Source of the DNA: Anaerolineae bacterium
GTDB lineage: Bacteria; Chloroflexota; Anaerolineae; Anaerolineales; UBA4823
Direction of reading: 5' to 3'
DNA: 64,000 nt
Assembly (NCBI GenBank): GCA_003130835.1
Contig: QEXX01000059.1
Location: 219-64,218, forward strand
The number at the start of each line of letters is the position of its first letter. The stretch's first letter is position 1. Both the position numbers and the translations under genes were made by a program. Positions 38,073 through 48,276 of the stretch are shown piece by piece. Under the pieces are notes generated by a model. The model was not told the origin of the DNA, made no database searches, and saw only the letters and a list, made by a program, of their open reading frames with translations.

Positions 38073-41000
38073 TCAACTCAAAGCTGCATCGATCATCTCG
38101 GCAACTTGCAAGAATTCAAAGCCCAACTGCTGACTGGCTTTGTTCGGACAGGCTGCCACACATGCGCCACATCCCTGACACAACACAGCCACCACTTCAG
38201 CATAAGCTGCGCCGGGCTCCAGACGGCGGGCGCCATACGGACAAACCTCCACGCATAACCCGCAAGCCGAGCACAAGCGCGGGTTGACCGAAGCGATGAT
38301 CGGCGTGGCGGTCAGTTGTTTCTTCGCCAGCAAAGCCACTGCCCGAACTGCTGCAGCCTGCGCTTGGGCAATGGTTTCATCCATAGCGCGCGGCGAGTGA
38401 GCTAAACCGGCTAGGTAGACGCCATCGGCGGCAAAATCCACCGGGCGCAATTTGACATGCGCTTCAAGGAAGAAGCCCTCAGCCGTGAGCGGCAGTTTCA
38501 ATAGGCGGCTCAAGGCTTCGTTACCAGGCTCTGCCTCAATGCCAACGCTCAAAACGACTTGGTCAACGGACAAATGGACTTCTTCGCCTTCTGGCTGAGA
38601 GAGCACATGCACCCAGACCTTTCCGTCAGAACCCGCCTCGACCCGAGGCGGCTGCTCAGCCTCGTATTGCAGAAAGACCACCCCTTGACGGCGCGCTTCG
38701 GTGTAATATGCCTCGCGGAATCCATAACTGCGCAGGTCTCGATAGAGGATATAGACGCGGCTGTGCGGAGAGCGACGCTTGATCTCGAGGGCATTCTTGA
38801 TCGCTTGGGTGCAGCAAATGCGCGAGCAATACGGGTGATCATCATCGCGCGAGTCGACACATTGGATCATCACCAGCGATTCGGGCAACGGTTGCCCTTC
38901 TTTCAATTGGCTTTCGAGTTCGCGCTGAGTGATCACACCCGGCAGTTCACCATAACGATACAGGTGGGTGGGAATTTCCCGCCCGCCAGTAGCGACAACA
39001 ATGGCACCGTGTGTAAGCTCCTCGCAGGAGCCATCGGCGTGACGAATCACCGAAGTATATTGTCCAACATAGCCACGCGTTTCAACCACTTCGCATTCGG
39101 TCAGCACGCGAATGCGCGGTTCATCTCGAATGGCTGCGATCAGGTCACGTAGCAGTTGCTGTGGGTCCGTACCATCTAAACCGATGTAGATATGACGCAA
39201 GTTACCACCCAATTGCGCCTCACGCTCAATCAGGTAAACCGGGAAGCCTTGGCGGGCAATGGAAAGAGCGGCGGTCATGCCTGCCAAACCGCCCCCAACC
39301 ACCAAAGCCTGATGCGCGACTTCGAAGCTACCACGTTTGATCGGTCGCAAGCGGCGCGCCTTAGCAACAGCCATGGCGACCAACTCTTTGGCTTTTTCGG
39401 TGGCTACGTCCGGCGTAGCCCGATGCACCCAAGCATCCTGCTCACGGATGTTGGCAAGCTCAAAGAGATGGGGATTCAATCCCGCCTGACGAATGGTGTC
39501 TTGGAAAAGCGGTTCGTGCGTGCGCGGCGTGCAACTGGCGACGACCACGCGATTTAAGCCGTGTTCTTGGATTTTGGCAACGATCTTTTGTTGCGTATCC
39601 TGCGAGCAGGTATAGAGGTTGCGCTCTGCATAGACGACACCGGGTAAGTTCTTAGCATATTCAACCACCTGCGGAACGTTCACAACCCCGCCGATGTTGA
39701 TCCCACAGTGGCAGACAAATACCCCGACGCGTGGTTCTTCACCACTGATATCGCGTTCCGGCGGGTAAACGGCTTGCCGGGTGAGCGTTCCGCGGCCAGC
39801 GGCTAATAACGCCGAAGCTTGTGCAGCGGCACAACTGGCTTCGATGACGGTTTCGGGGATATCTTTGGGTTCACCAAATGCCCCGGCGACGAAAATGCCC
39901 TCCCGATTGGTCTGCGTGGGAAGGTAATGAGGGGATTCAGCAAACCCAAAGTCATTCAAGTTAATGCCCAACCGCTGCGCCGTTTCGAGTGCTTCTGGCG
40001 TCGGTTTGAGTCCTACCGAAAGCACAACCAAGTCAAATTCTTCTTCGTGCGGAATGGGTTTTCCCTCGGCATTAAAGGTCACATAGGAGACGCGCAGGTT
40101 ACGGCTGCCAGGCACTTCGCGCACACTGGCGACCATGCTGCGCACATAGCGCACGCCGTGCTCTTTTTCTGCTCGGGCGATGTAGGCATCGAAACCCTTA
40201 CCAAAGGCACGAATATCCATATAAAAGATGGTCGGTTGGATGCGACTATCGTGTTCGCGAGCGATGACCGCTTCTTTGGTGGCATACATACAGCAGACCG
40301 AAGAGCAATACCCCTGCCCGCAAGCGTTGTCGCGCGACCCGACGCATTGAATCCAAGCAACTTTTTCGGGGTGGCGTCCATCGGAGGGGCGTTGCACCAC
40401 GCCGGCAAACGGACCAGAGGCGCTTAACATGCGTTCAAACTCAATGCTGGTTACGACATTCGGATAGCGACCATACCCGTATTCCGGCCGAATCTGATCG
40501 CTCAAGGGTTGAACCCCGGGCGCCAATAATACCGCCCCAACCTCGATTTCCTCGATCGTTTCGACTTGGTTATGATCGATGGCTTTGGCGCGGCAGGTAT
40601 AAACGCACTGCAGACACTCCGAGCAAATGCCACAACTTAAGCATCGGGCAGCCTCAGCCCGTGCTTCCTCTTCGCTTAGCCCAGCGTAAACTTCCATAAA
40701 ATCCTGCTTGCGCTCGCTCGCCGGACGAGCTTTAGTTTCAATGCGTGCTTGACGAGCAGCGCTGGACTCCAATAAACGGGCAGCCACTTCGGCTGAACTC
40801 AATTCGACTTTCGGTGGACGAGCCTTTGGCATGGATAACGGCTCACCTCGAAGGTAGCGGTCAATCGATTGCGCTGCACGGTGTCCGGCGGCAATGGCGT
40901 TAACGATGAAGGATGTCCCGGTGACGGCGTCCCCTCCGCCAAAGATGCCCGGCACATTGGTTGCCAAGGTTTCCTCATCCACTTTTAGAAAACGCCCACG

Positions 41001-42596
41001 CACGGTTTCGACTTCCCCGTTTAAGCACTCTAATTCCGGACGTTGGCCAATGGCAAAAATGACGATGTCCGCCGCGATGATCTCCTCCGTGTTAGGAATT
41101 TCGTCAAAATCGGGTCGACCGTCAACAAAGCCGCGGAAATTGACCTGCACACAGCGCACACCGCTGACTTTTCCATCGGCTTGGGTGATTTCTTTGAAGG
41201 TGCGAGAGGGATAAACCGCTATTCCTTCTTCTTCCGCATCGCGAACTTCCCAGTCATGAGCAGGCATGGTCTCGCGACTTTCCAGGCAAGCCATTCCCAC
41301 CCAACTTGCTCCCAAGCGAACCGCGCTCATGGCTGCATCGATGGCAACATTTCCACCGCCCAACACCAAAACACGTTTTCCCTTAAAGCTTTCAGCAACC
41401 TTCGATTTATCCTCTAAACTGACTTGGCGGAGAAAATCGGTAGCAACGGTCACTTGCGGCAAGTCTGCGCCTGGAATAGGCAATTTGATGCCACCATGCG
41501 CCCCCACAGCGACAAACACGGCCTCATACCCCTGTTTCAGCAAAGCGGGTACGTTCTCAACACGGCTGTTCAAGCGCAATTCAACCCCTTCAGCCAGAAT
41601 CTGATCGATTTCGCGTTGCACCAGTTGATAGGGCAAGCGGTACTCTGGCACCCCAACCCGCATCATTCCTCCCGCCACCGGCAGGGCTTCAAAGACGGTG
41701 ACATCATAACCCATACGCGCCAAGTCCAAGGCGGCCGTGAGGCCGGCCGGCCCAGAACCGACCACAGCGACTTTCTTACCCTTTGGCTCAATTTCGCTTG
41801 CCCAGCGAATCTGCTCCGAGCTTAACTCACCGCTGTCCATCTTTGACCAGACCCAATCGGCAACAAAACGTTTGAGCGCCATGATGTTGACGGGTTGGTC
41901 ACTTTGATTGCGCGTGCAGGCTTCCTCGCAGCGATGATTGCACACCCTACCGCACACGGATGGAAAAGGATTCTCCTCCTTGATGGTGCGGTAGGCATCT
42001 AAAAAGCGCCCTTCGCGCACCAAAGCCACATAACCTTGAGCGCGTTGGTTGATCGGGCAAGCATCGCGGCAGGGCGCCATGCCAGCTTTTTCAATGGCAT
42101 ACGCGTTGGGGATGGCTTGGGGATAGGGCTTATAGATCGCCTTGCGTTGTGAAAGTCCGCCGTTGAATTCGTCTCGGCGGGGCACCGGACAAGCTGTGGC
42201 GCAATCCCCACAACCGGTGCAGGCATCCAGTTTTACATAGCGCGGGTGACGGCGCACCTTCACGCGGAAGTTACCGGGTTCGCCTTCGATCCCTTCAATC
42301 TCGGAGGTGGTCAGGATTTCGATGTTGAGATGGCGACCGACCTCCACCAATTTTGGCGACATAATGCACATGGCACAGTCATTGGTCGGAAAGGTTTTAT
42401 CCAATTGCGCCATAATGCCACCGATGGCCGGCGATTTCTCCAAAAGGTAAACTTTGAAACCGGCTTCGGCAAGGTCGAGTGAGGCTTGCATTCCACCAAT
42501 ACCGGCGCCGACAACCATAACAGCGCCGATCGGTTGTTTTGGGGCGTTCGGGGTCATCAAATCTTCTACGCTCATGCTCACTTCCTCACTAGCCAT
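38073..42596 (-). CDS. Giant HdrA-GltD/NfnB-HdrA fusion flavo-iron-sulfur protein (HdrL-like)
   Basis: About 1,507 aa. HdrA module 1 has VVGAGIGGMQASLDLAEAG and TNDCAMCI. An inserted GltD-like NAD(P)H module is present (CGRVCNHRCEEAC, VAVVGSGPAGLTAA, VLVLGGGNVAIDAA). It also has a ferredoxin and HdrA module 2 (VGVFVCHCGINIGG, VVGGGLAGMTAA, CSRICC), and ends in a 2x[4Fe-4S] domain. The start could be ATG 42596 or ATG 42575; the latter has GAGGAAG upstream. Confidence 0.85.
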   Translation of the reverse strand: MASEEVSMSVEDLMTPNAPKQPIGAVMVVGAGIGGMQASLDLAEAGFKVYLLEKSPAIGGIMAQLDKTFPTNDCAMCIMSPKLVEVGRHLNIEILTTSEIEGIEGEPGNFRVKVRRHPRYVKLDACTGCGDCATACPVPRRDEFNGGLSQRKAIYKPYPQAIPNAYAIEKAGMAPCRDACPINQRAQGYVALVREGRFLDAYRTIKEENPFPSVCGRVCNHRCEEACTRNQSDQPVNIMALKRFVADWVWSKMDSGELSSEQIRWASEIEPKGKKVAVVGSGPAGLTAALDLARMGYDVTVFEALPVAGGMMRVGVPEYRLPYQLVQREIDQILAEGVELRLNSRVENVPALLKQGYEAVFVAVGAHGGIKLPIPGADLPQVTVATDFLRQVSLEDKSKVAESFKGKRVLVLGGGNVAIDAAMSAVRLGASWVGMACLESRETMPAHDWEVRDAEEEGIAVYPSRTFKEITQADGKVSGVRCVQVNFRGFVDGRPDFDEIPNTEEIIAADIVIFAIGQRPELECLNGEVETVRGRFLKVDEETLATNVPGIFGGGDAVTGTSFIVNAIAAGHRAAQSIDRYLRGEPLSMPKARPPKVELSSAEVAARLLESSAARQARIETKARPASERKQDFMEVYAGLSEEEARAEAARCLSCGICSECLQCVYTCRAKAIDHNQVETIEEIEVGAVLLAPGVQPLSDQIRPEYGYGRYPNVVTSIEFERMLSASGPFAGVVQRPSDGRHPEKVAWIQCVGSRDNACGQGYCSSVCCMYATKEAVIAREHDSRIQPTIFYMDIRAFGKGFDAYIARAEKEHGVRYVRSMVASVREVPGSRNLRVSYVTFNAEGKPIPHEEEFDLVVLSVGLKPTPEALETAQRLGINLNDFGFAESPHYLPTQTNREGIFVAGAFGEPKDIPETVIEASCAAAQASALLAAGRGTLTRQAVYPPERDISGEEPRVGVFVCHCGINIGGVVNVPQVVEYAKNLPGVVYAERNLYTCSQDTQQKIVAKIQEHGLNRVVVASCTPRTHEPLFQDTIRQAGLNPHLFELANIREQDAWVHRATPDVATEKAKELVAMAVAKARRLRPIKRGSFEVAHQALVVGGGLAGMTAALSIARQGFPVYLIEREAQLGGNLRHIYIGLDGTDPQQLLRDLIAAIRDEPRIRVLTECEVVETRGYVGQYTSVIRHADGSCEELTHGAIVVATGGREIPTHLYRYGELPGVITQRELESQLKEGQPLPESLVMIQCVDSRDDDHPYCSRICCTQAIKNALEIKRRSPHSRVYILYRDLRSYGFREAYYTEARRQGVVFLQYEAEQPPRVEAGSDGKVWVHVLSQPEGEEVHLSVDQVVLSVGIEAEPGNEALSRLLKLPLTAEGFFLEAHVKLRPVDFAADGVYLAGLAHSPRAMDETIAQAQAAAVRAVALLAKKQLTATPIIASVNPRLCSACGLCVEVCPYGARRLEPGAAYAEVVAVLCQGCGACVAACPNKASQQLGFEFLQVAEMIDAALS

Positions 42597-42597
42597 C

Positions 42598-43467
42598 TTA
42601 TGCGGCGGCTGCCAATCTTGAGGAGTGCAGCTCGGCAAGCAACGGCCGCGGATTAATCAAATGTTTGCTCCACCAGCTCTCCGCTTCGGGCAATCCGAAC
42701 GCCAGCCCCATCAATTCGGTAAAGTAAAAAACAGGCAGCTTTTGCGTCCCGCTCTGACGCATTTCCAAGTTAATTTGACAAAGCGGACAACTGGTGACAA
42801 TGGCGGCTGCCCCGGCCTCTCGCGCCCGTTCGGCTAAGCGGTTTACTAAGCGGGCAGCCACGTTGGACTTGGTGAGCGAGAGTCCACCGCCACAACATTC
42901 CGTGGCATACGACCATTCAACAGCTTCAGCGTCTAAGGCTTGCAGCAATTGATTCATCAAGCGTGGATTTTCAGGGTTCTCAAATTGGGTTACCTGCGGT
43001 GGACGTACCAATAGACAGCCATAATAGCCCACCGCTTTAAGTCCTGCTAGAGGTTGCTTGACCCGTTCGCGGATGCGCTGCAATCCTACCCCAATCGTCA
43101 GCACCTCCAACAAGGGGCGCACCGCGATATTGCCTTGATAGTTAAACCCAACGATGTCTTCCAATTCTTTGCGCCGTTGCGGGTCGTGGCGCAAGGCATG
43201 ATCGGCGCTTTTATGGCGGTTGAAACAGGCAGCGCATGGCATTACCAGATCATGCCCAAGCGGTTGCGCCAAAGCCAGATTGCGAGCAGGCAGTGCCAAC
43301 GCTAACACAGGATTGAGACTGTGGGCAGAAGATGCGCCGCAGCAATTCCACTCTTCTAGTTCATGGAGTTCAACCCCTAGGGCATTGAAAACCGCCCGCA
43401 CCGAGGCATCGTACTCACAGGCAGTGGATTCGAGGCTGCAACCCGGATAATATGTATAGGCGCTCAT
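42598..43467 (-). CDS. hdrB: HdrB-like protein (two CCG domains), copy 2
   Basis: 289 aa. It contains YYPGCSL...WNCCGA and YYGCLL...ECCGGG. An ATGA overlap links it to the upstream hdrC-like gene. Confidence 0.85.
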   Translation of the reverse strand: MSAYTYYPGCSLESTACEYDASVRAVFNALGVELHELEEWNCCGASSAHSLNPVLALALPARNLALAQPLGHDLVMPCAACFNRHKSADHALRHDPQRRKELEDIVGFNYQGNIAVRPLLEVLTIGVGLQRIRERVKQPLAGLKAVGYYGCLLVRPPQVTQFENPENPRLMNQLLQALDAEAVEWSYATECCGGGLSLTKSNVAARLVNRLAERAREAGAAAIVTSCPLCQINLEMRQSGTQKLPVFYFTELMGLAFGLPEAESWWSKHLINPRPLLAELHSSRLAAAA

Positions 43468-44045
43468 TTTGCCTCCTGTGCAGAAGCGGGATTCGCAGAA
43501 GGGAGATTCTCTTTAGCAACTGCTTCGGCAGACTTGAGGAAAATTCGTCTAACCTGATCGCGTCCTTTGATCGATTTGGGAAGGACAGGCACTTTGCCTT
43601 TGACAAATAATTGCAATCCGCTATCCATATCAGCCAAGAGGTTCAGCGTCCATAATTTGTAGGCGATCAGCAGACTGGCTTCATGACTGCGTCCCAAAGT
43701 TTGGACTACAAATAAGAAAAGCTTATGGAATTTTGCTGCATCGGGTTCGGCGGGAGTCACGCCGCTGCGCAAGGCTTCCAGCCGCAACGCATCCATCACC
43801 TTCGCAATGTCAATGCCATTGGGGCAGCGCGTCCCACAAGTCTCGCAAGCTGCGCAGAGCCAAATATCGCGGCTCTTCAGCAACCTTTCCCTCTCCCCCA
43901 ACTGCACCATGCGCAAGATGCGATCCGGGCCAAACTCCATCTCCTCCACTACCGGACACCCTGCAGTGCATTTGTGGCAGTGGTAGCAGAGCAGGATGGG
44001 TTGGTTACTTAGCATGGTAATCTGTTCATGAAAGTCTAAGCTCAT
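43464..44045 (-). CDS. hdrC: HdrC-like 2x[4Fe-4S] protein, copy 2
   Basis: 193 aa. It contains CYHCHKCTAGCP and CAACETCGTRCPNGIDI. Confidence 0.8.
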   Translation of the reverse strand: MSLDFHEQITMLSNQPILLCYHCHKCTAGCPVVEEMEFGPDRILRMVQLGERERLLKSRDIWLCAACETCGTRCPNGIDIAKVMDALRLEALRSGVTPAEPDAAKFHKLFLFVVQTLGRSHEASLLIAYKLWTLNLLADMDSGLQLFVKGKVPVLPKSIKGRDQVRRIFLKSAEAVAKENLPSANPASAQEAK

Positions 44046-44217
44046 ATTTCAACCTTTTCGGGTTTGTTTTGGGTTGTGAGTTTTGAGTTCTGAGTTTTGG
44101 ACAGAGTATTTCTTTTGAAATTAAGGTCGCTTCTTTTATTTTTTTGGCTTCTTCGCATAGAGCAATGAGCATTTGCCTTTCCGCTTGCATCTCTACCCTA
44201 AACCCACAACTCACAAC

Positions 44218-45957
44218 TCATAACAACACGTCCACCATGCCCATCACTTGCTCAACACGCCAGTTGCGCACTTGGCTGGCTTTGTTGGGACAGGCAACCA
44301 CGCACGCACCGCAACCTTGACACAGGGCAGCATTGACGGTGGCATAGTTCCAAATCGGATGGATCTGCCGCGCTCCGTAGGGACACACCTTGACGCAGGC
44401 GCCGCAGGCAGCACAGTACTCTTCAATCACGCTGGCAACCAGCGGCGAGGCAGTCATTTCGTTTTTAGAAAAAAGTTGCAGCACTTTTGCCGCTGCCCCA
44501 GAGGCTTGAGAGACCGCCTCAGGAATATCCTTCGGACCTTGTGCCACTCCGGCTAGATAAATGCCGGCTGTCAGGGTTTCCACCGGGCGCAATTTGGGGT
44601 GTGCTTCGTTGAAAAAGCCATAGCCATCGGTACTGATATGCAACAATTGTCCTAGCTCCGTTGAGCCATGCGAAGGCAACATCGGAGTCGCCAAGACCAC
44701 CAGGTCTGCAGCGATTTCTACCGCTCGCCCGGTCAAGGTGTCGCTTCCCCAGACGATGGTCTGATCGCCCTCGCGGAAAACCCGGCTCACTTTGCCGCGC
44801 AGGTACAACACCCCATAGTCAGTCATGGCGCGCTGCACGTATTCATCGTAATTTTTACCTGCCGAACGAATGTCGATGTAAAAAACATACGCTTGTCCAT
44901 TGGGCACACGCTCTTTGTAAAGCATTGCCTGCTTAGCGACATACATACAGCAAACTTTTGAGCAATAGGAGACGCCATGCTCGGGATCGCGGGAGCCAGC
45001 GCATTGTACGAAGACCACCTCGCGAGCAATCTTGCCATCCGAGGGACGGCGGATCACCTCCCCAGAACGAAGCATTTTCTCAAAGGTCAAGCCATCCACC
45101 ACATCGGGAATGTCAGCACCGCCATACTCGGTCAACCGAGCACGATCATACGGTTGCCAGCCACTGGCAACGACAATTGCTCCAACATCAAAAGTAAACC
45201 TCAAGGGTTCAAGCTCATCTAAGGCAACAACGGCGCCATCGGTTGCCGACGGTTTTTGCTCGACTGTGACGCGGAAGTTCCCGACATAGCCAGATAAACC
45301 ATCTACTTCGGCGTTTAGAAGGGTTTGAATATTAGGATGATTCAGCACCTGCTGGATTTTCTTCTCCAGCAAGTCAGGAGCTGCCTGAAAGTTAAGATAA
45401 CTGCCGCTCAGCTCTGCCATGCGTCCGCCAAGATGGTCTTGCCGTTCGACTAAGATGACCGGATAGCCGGCTTCGGCAATATCCAAAGCCGCCTGCATGC
45501 CGGCAATCCCTCCCCCAATCACCAATGTACGGTGGGTTAGAGGGAGGATTAACGGTTCAAGCGTTTCGTTGCTCTTGACCTTTTCGACAATCGACTCGGC
45601 GATCTCAATCGCTTTTTGTGTGGCAGCTTCTTTATCTTGTTGATGCACCCAGGAAACCTGTTCGCGAATATTTGCCGACTCACACCGAAAGCCGTTTAGT
45701 CCAGCCGCCGAAACCGTGCGTCGAAAGGTCGATTCATGCATCGCCGGTGAACAAGCTGCTACAACCACCCCATCCAGTTGGTATTTCTCAATGCTCTCGC
45801 GAATTAACTGTTGACCCGGATCTGAACACATGTACTTATAGTCGATGGCAAAGACAACGTCTCCATTGCGTTGTAACTGCTCAACCACCGCTTTGACATC
45901 TACCGTTCCGGCGATATTATGTCCACAATGACAGACAAACACTCCAATCCGACTCAT
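44218..45957 (-). CDS. hdrA: HdrA/QmoB-like flavoprotein (HdrA N-terminal Cys domain, FAD domain, C-terminal 2x[4Fe-4S])
   Basis: 579 aa. The motifs are IGVFVCHCGHNIAG, VIGGGIAGMQAALD, YCSKVCCMY, CAACGACVKVCP and CQGCGACVVACP. Confidence 0.85.
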   Translation of the reverse strand: MSRIGVFVCHCGHNIAGTVDVKAVVEQLQRNGDVVFAIDYKYMCSDPGQQLIRESIEKYQLDGVVVAACSPAMHESTFRRTVSAAGLNGFRCESANIREQVSWVHQQDKEAATQKAIEIAESIVEKVKSNETLEPLILPLTHRTLVIGGGIAGMQAALDIAEAGYPVILVERQDHLGGRMAELSGSYLNFQAAPDLLEKKIQQVLNHPNIQTLLNAEVDGLSGYVGNFRVTVEQKPSATDGAVVALDELEPLRFTFDVGAIVVASGWQPYDRARLTEYGGADIPDVVDGLTFEKMLRSGEVIRRPSDGKIAREVVFVQCAGSRDPEHGVSYCSKVCCMYVAKQAMLYKERVPNGQAYVFYIDIRSAGKNYDEYVQRAMTDYGVLYLRGKVSRVFREGDQTIVWGSDTLTGRAVEIAADLVVLATPMLPSHGSTELGQLLHISTDGYGFFNEAHPKLRPVETLTAGIYLAGVAQGPKDIPEAVSQASGAAAKVLQLFSKNEMTASPLVASVIEEYCAACGACVKVCPYGARQIHPIWNYATVNAALCQGCGACVVACPNKASQVRNWRVEQVMGMVDVLL

Positions 45958-45968
45958 GCGTTATCTCC

Positions 45969-47372
45969 TCAATCACCCACAGCTTCTAAGACACCCTGTG
46001 CCTGGCTTTGGGCATGGCGCTGTTTTTGGAAGAGCGAAAGCACTTTCGCCGCTGCACCACTCGCTTGAGCAACGGTTTCGGGAATGTCCTTCGGTCCTAA
46101 GGCGGTTCCAGCCATAAACACGCGGGGCGCAATGCTCAAAACGGGGTCTAATTCCTCGTTCGCAGCGCAATAGAAGCCGTTTTCATCGCAAGGGACACCG
46201 AACAAGGCCGCCACCTGAGGGTTAGTGGCGCGGGGAATAACAGCCGTCGCCAAAACCACCAAATCCGCAGCAATCTCGACGGTGCGGTTGCTTAGGGTAT
46301 CTACCCCTTTCACGATGACTTTATCGCCTTCACGGAAAAGCTTGCTCACTTTGCCACGCAAATAAATTACACCATCTTCCTCCATGGCGCGGTTGACAAA
46401 CTCTTCATACCCCTTTCCACCCGCGCGAACATCAATATAGAATACATAGGCTTGACCTTGCGGAAGGCGATGTTTGTAGAGAATAGCCTGTTTAGCCGTG
46501 TACATGCAACAGATTTTAGAACAATAGGGAACGCCGCGTTCAGGATCGCGCGAACCGCTACATTGAACAAAAACCACCTCCAACGGAGGTTTACCATCTG
46601 AGGGGCGTAAGATTTTGCCTGCTGTCGGTCCACTGGCTGCTAATAATCGCTCAAAAGCCAAGCCATCGATCACATCCGGGATTTTTCCCCCGCCGTATTC
46701 AGGCAGGCGAGATTGAGGGAACAGATCGTACCCGGTGGCAAGAATCACGGCGCCGACTTTTTCTTCAAAAAAGGTATCCGTTTGATCCCATTGAATAGCG
46801 CCGGTTGGGCAGAATTTTTCACATGCGCCGCATTTCGGTTTGGCAGGGTTGCCTTTGGCATCCACAGCTGGCACACGCCCAGCTTCGATATCCCACTTAG
46901 ACTGCAAGTAACGGCAGTTCTCAGCGTCAATGACCGGCTTGTTGGGAACAGCTTGCGGTGATAGTGTATAGATTACCTTGCGAGTTCCCACCCCGCGTTC
47001 GAAGAGCGATTCGACCTTGAAGGGACACTTTTCCTGACACACGCCACAACCGGTGCAGATATCCCAATCCACATAGGCCGGTTTACGGCGGATGCGCACG
47101 GTGAAATCGCCGTTTTCATCCTGCTGGATGGAGTCGATCTCACTGTAGGTGTACAGACGGATGTTCTCATGTTTGCCGGTTTCTACCGTTCGGGGGGTGA
47201 GAATGCACTGCGAGCAGTCCAAAGTGGGGAAAGTCTCTGAAAGTTGCGCCATGTGGCCGCCAATCGATGGCTCCCGCTCCACTAAGATCACTTCATAACC
47301 ACTGTTGGCAATATCCAAAGCCGCTTGAATGCCGGCAATCCCCGCTCCAACCACCAAAGCTCGTTCAATCAT
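45969..47372 (-). CDS. hdrA: HdrA/QmoA-like flavoprotein (short form)
   Basis: 467 aa. The motifs are LVVGAGIAGIQAALDIANSG, TLDCSQCILTP, CTGCGVCQEKCP and YCSKICCMY. Confidence 0.85.
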   Translation of the reverse strand: MIERALVVGAGIAGIQAALDIANSGYEVILVEREPSIGGHMAQLSETFPTLDCSQCILTPRTVETGKHENIRLYTYSEIDSIQQDENGDFTVRIRRKPAYVDWDICTGCGVCQEKCPFKVESLFERGVGTRKVIYTLSPQAVPNKPVIDAENCRYLQSKWDIEAGRVPAVDAKGNPAKPKCGACEKFCPTGAIQWDQTDTFFEEKVGAVILATGYDLFPQSRLPEYGGGKIPDVIDGLAFERLLAASGPTAGKILRPSDGKPPLEVVFVQCSGSRDPERGVPYCSKICCMYTAKQAILYKHRLPQGQAYVFYIDVRAGGKGYEEFVNRAMEEDGVIYLRGKVSKLFREGDKVIVKGVDTLSNRTVEIAADLVVLATAVIPRATNPQVAALFGVPCDENGFYCAANEELDPVLSIAPRVFMAGTALGPKDIPETVAQASGAAAKVLSLFQKQRHAQSQAQGVLEAVGD

Positions 47373-47395
47373 TCCACCTGCCTCCCGTCCATCGC

Positions 47396-48271
47396 CTAGG
47401 CGACTGTTGCCCGATAGGGTTCAAAAAGCGGGCGTGGATCGACGCTGTGACCTTCCATTCCCCAGACCTGCTCGGGTAAACCCAGAGCCACAGCCATCAA
47501 TTGGGTGAAGTACAGCACTGGCAAAGGCTTGATTGCCCATCCACGCACAGACTGCTGAGGATAGTCCAAATTGTATTGACATAAGGGACAAGCGGTAACC
47601 AACGCTTGCGCCCCGTGGTGTTGTGCCGAAGCGAGGATGTCTTGCGCCAATTGCTGGGGTACGGTGGGCTTGCTGACCGCCAAGTAGGAGCCACAACACT
47701 CGGACTGATAGGGGAAGGTGATCACTTCACATCCCAACGCCTCCAGGCATTCGTGCAAAATATGGGGATCATCCGGGTCATCTAACTGAATCTCAGCGGG
47801 TGGGCGCAATAATAAGCATCCATAGTAAGGGGCAACTCGCAAACCTTTAAGCGGTTGGCTCACATTCGCCCTCAAGGTTTCCCAAGTCAATTGATCGCGT
47901 AATAGTTCCAAAAAGTGCGTGACACGTACCTGACCCAGATAAGGTTCTTCGGTGAACCAATTAATGCGCTCCAAAACATCCGTGTGTTCCTGCAGAAAGT
48001 TCTGAGTGCGCCGCAGGACATGGAAGCAAATGGCGCATAAGGTGGTCATCTGTCCGCCGGCTTCTTGCGCTTGACGAAGCAAGCGGGTGGGGGCAATCAA
48101 TGTCATCGCATTGTCGGTGGAGAGAGGGAAAGTTGCTCCACAACATTGCCAATCCGGGAGTTCTTGGAATTCAAGACCTAGGGCTTGGGCAACCGCCCTC
48201 CCTGAGCGATCATAACCGCTGGCTTTGGTTGATAAGGTACAGCCTGGAAAATATGGGATGGCCATCTTCAC
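47396..48271 (-). CDS. hdrB: HdrB-like protein (two CCG domains), copy 1
   Basis: 291 aa. It contains YFPGCTL...WQCCGA and YYGCLL...ECCGS. Confidence 0.85.
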   Translation of the reverse strand: MKMAIPYFPGCTLSTKASGYDRSGRAVAQALGLEFQELPDWQCCGATFPLSTDNAMTLIAPTRLLRQAQEAGGQMTTLCAICFHVLRRTQNFLQEHTDVLERINWFTEEPYLGQVRVTHFLELLRDQLTWETLRANVSQPLKGLRVAPYYGCLLLRPPAEIQLDDPDDPHILHECLEALGCEVITFPYQSECCGSYLAVSKPTVPQQLAQDILASAQHHGAQALVTACPLCQYNLDYPQQSVRGWAIKPLPVLYFTQLMAVALGLPEQVWGMEGHSVDPRPLFEPYRATVA

Positions 48272-48276
48272 CTCTC

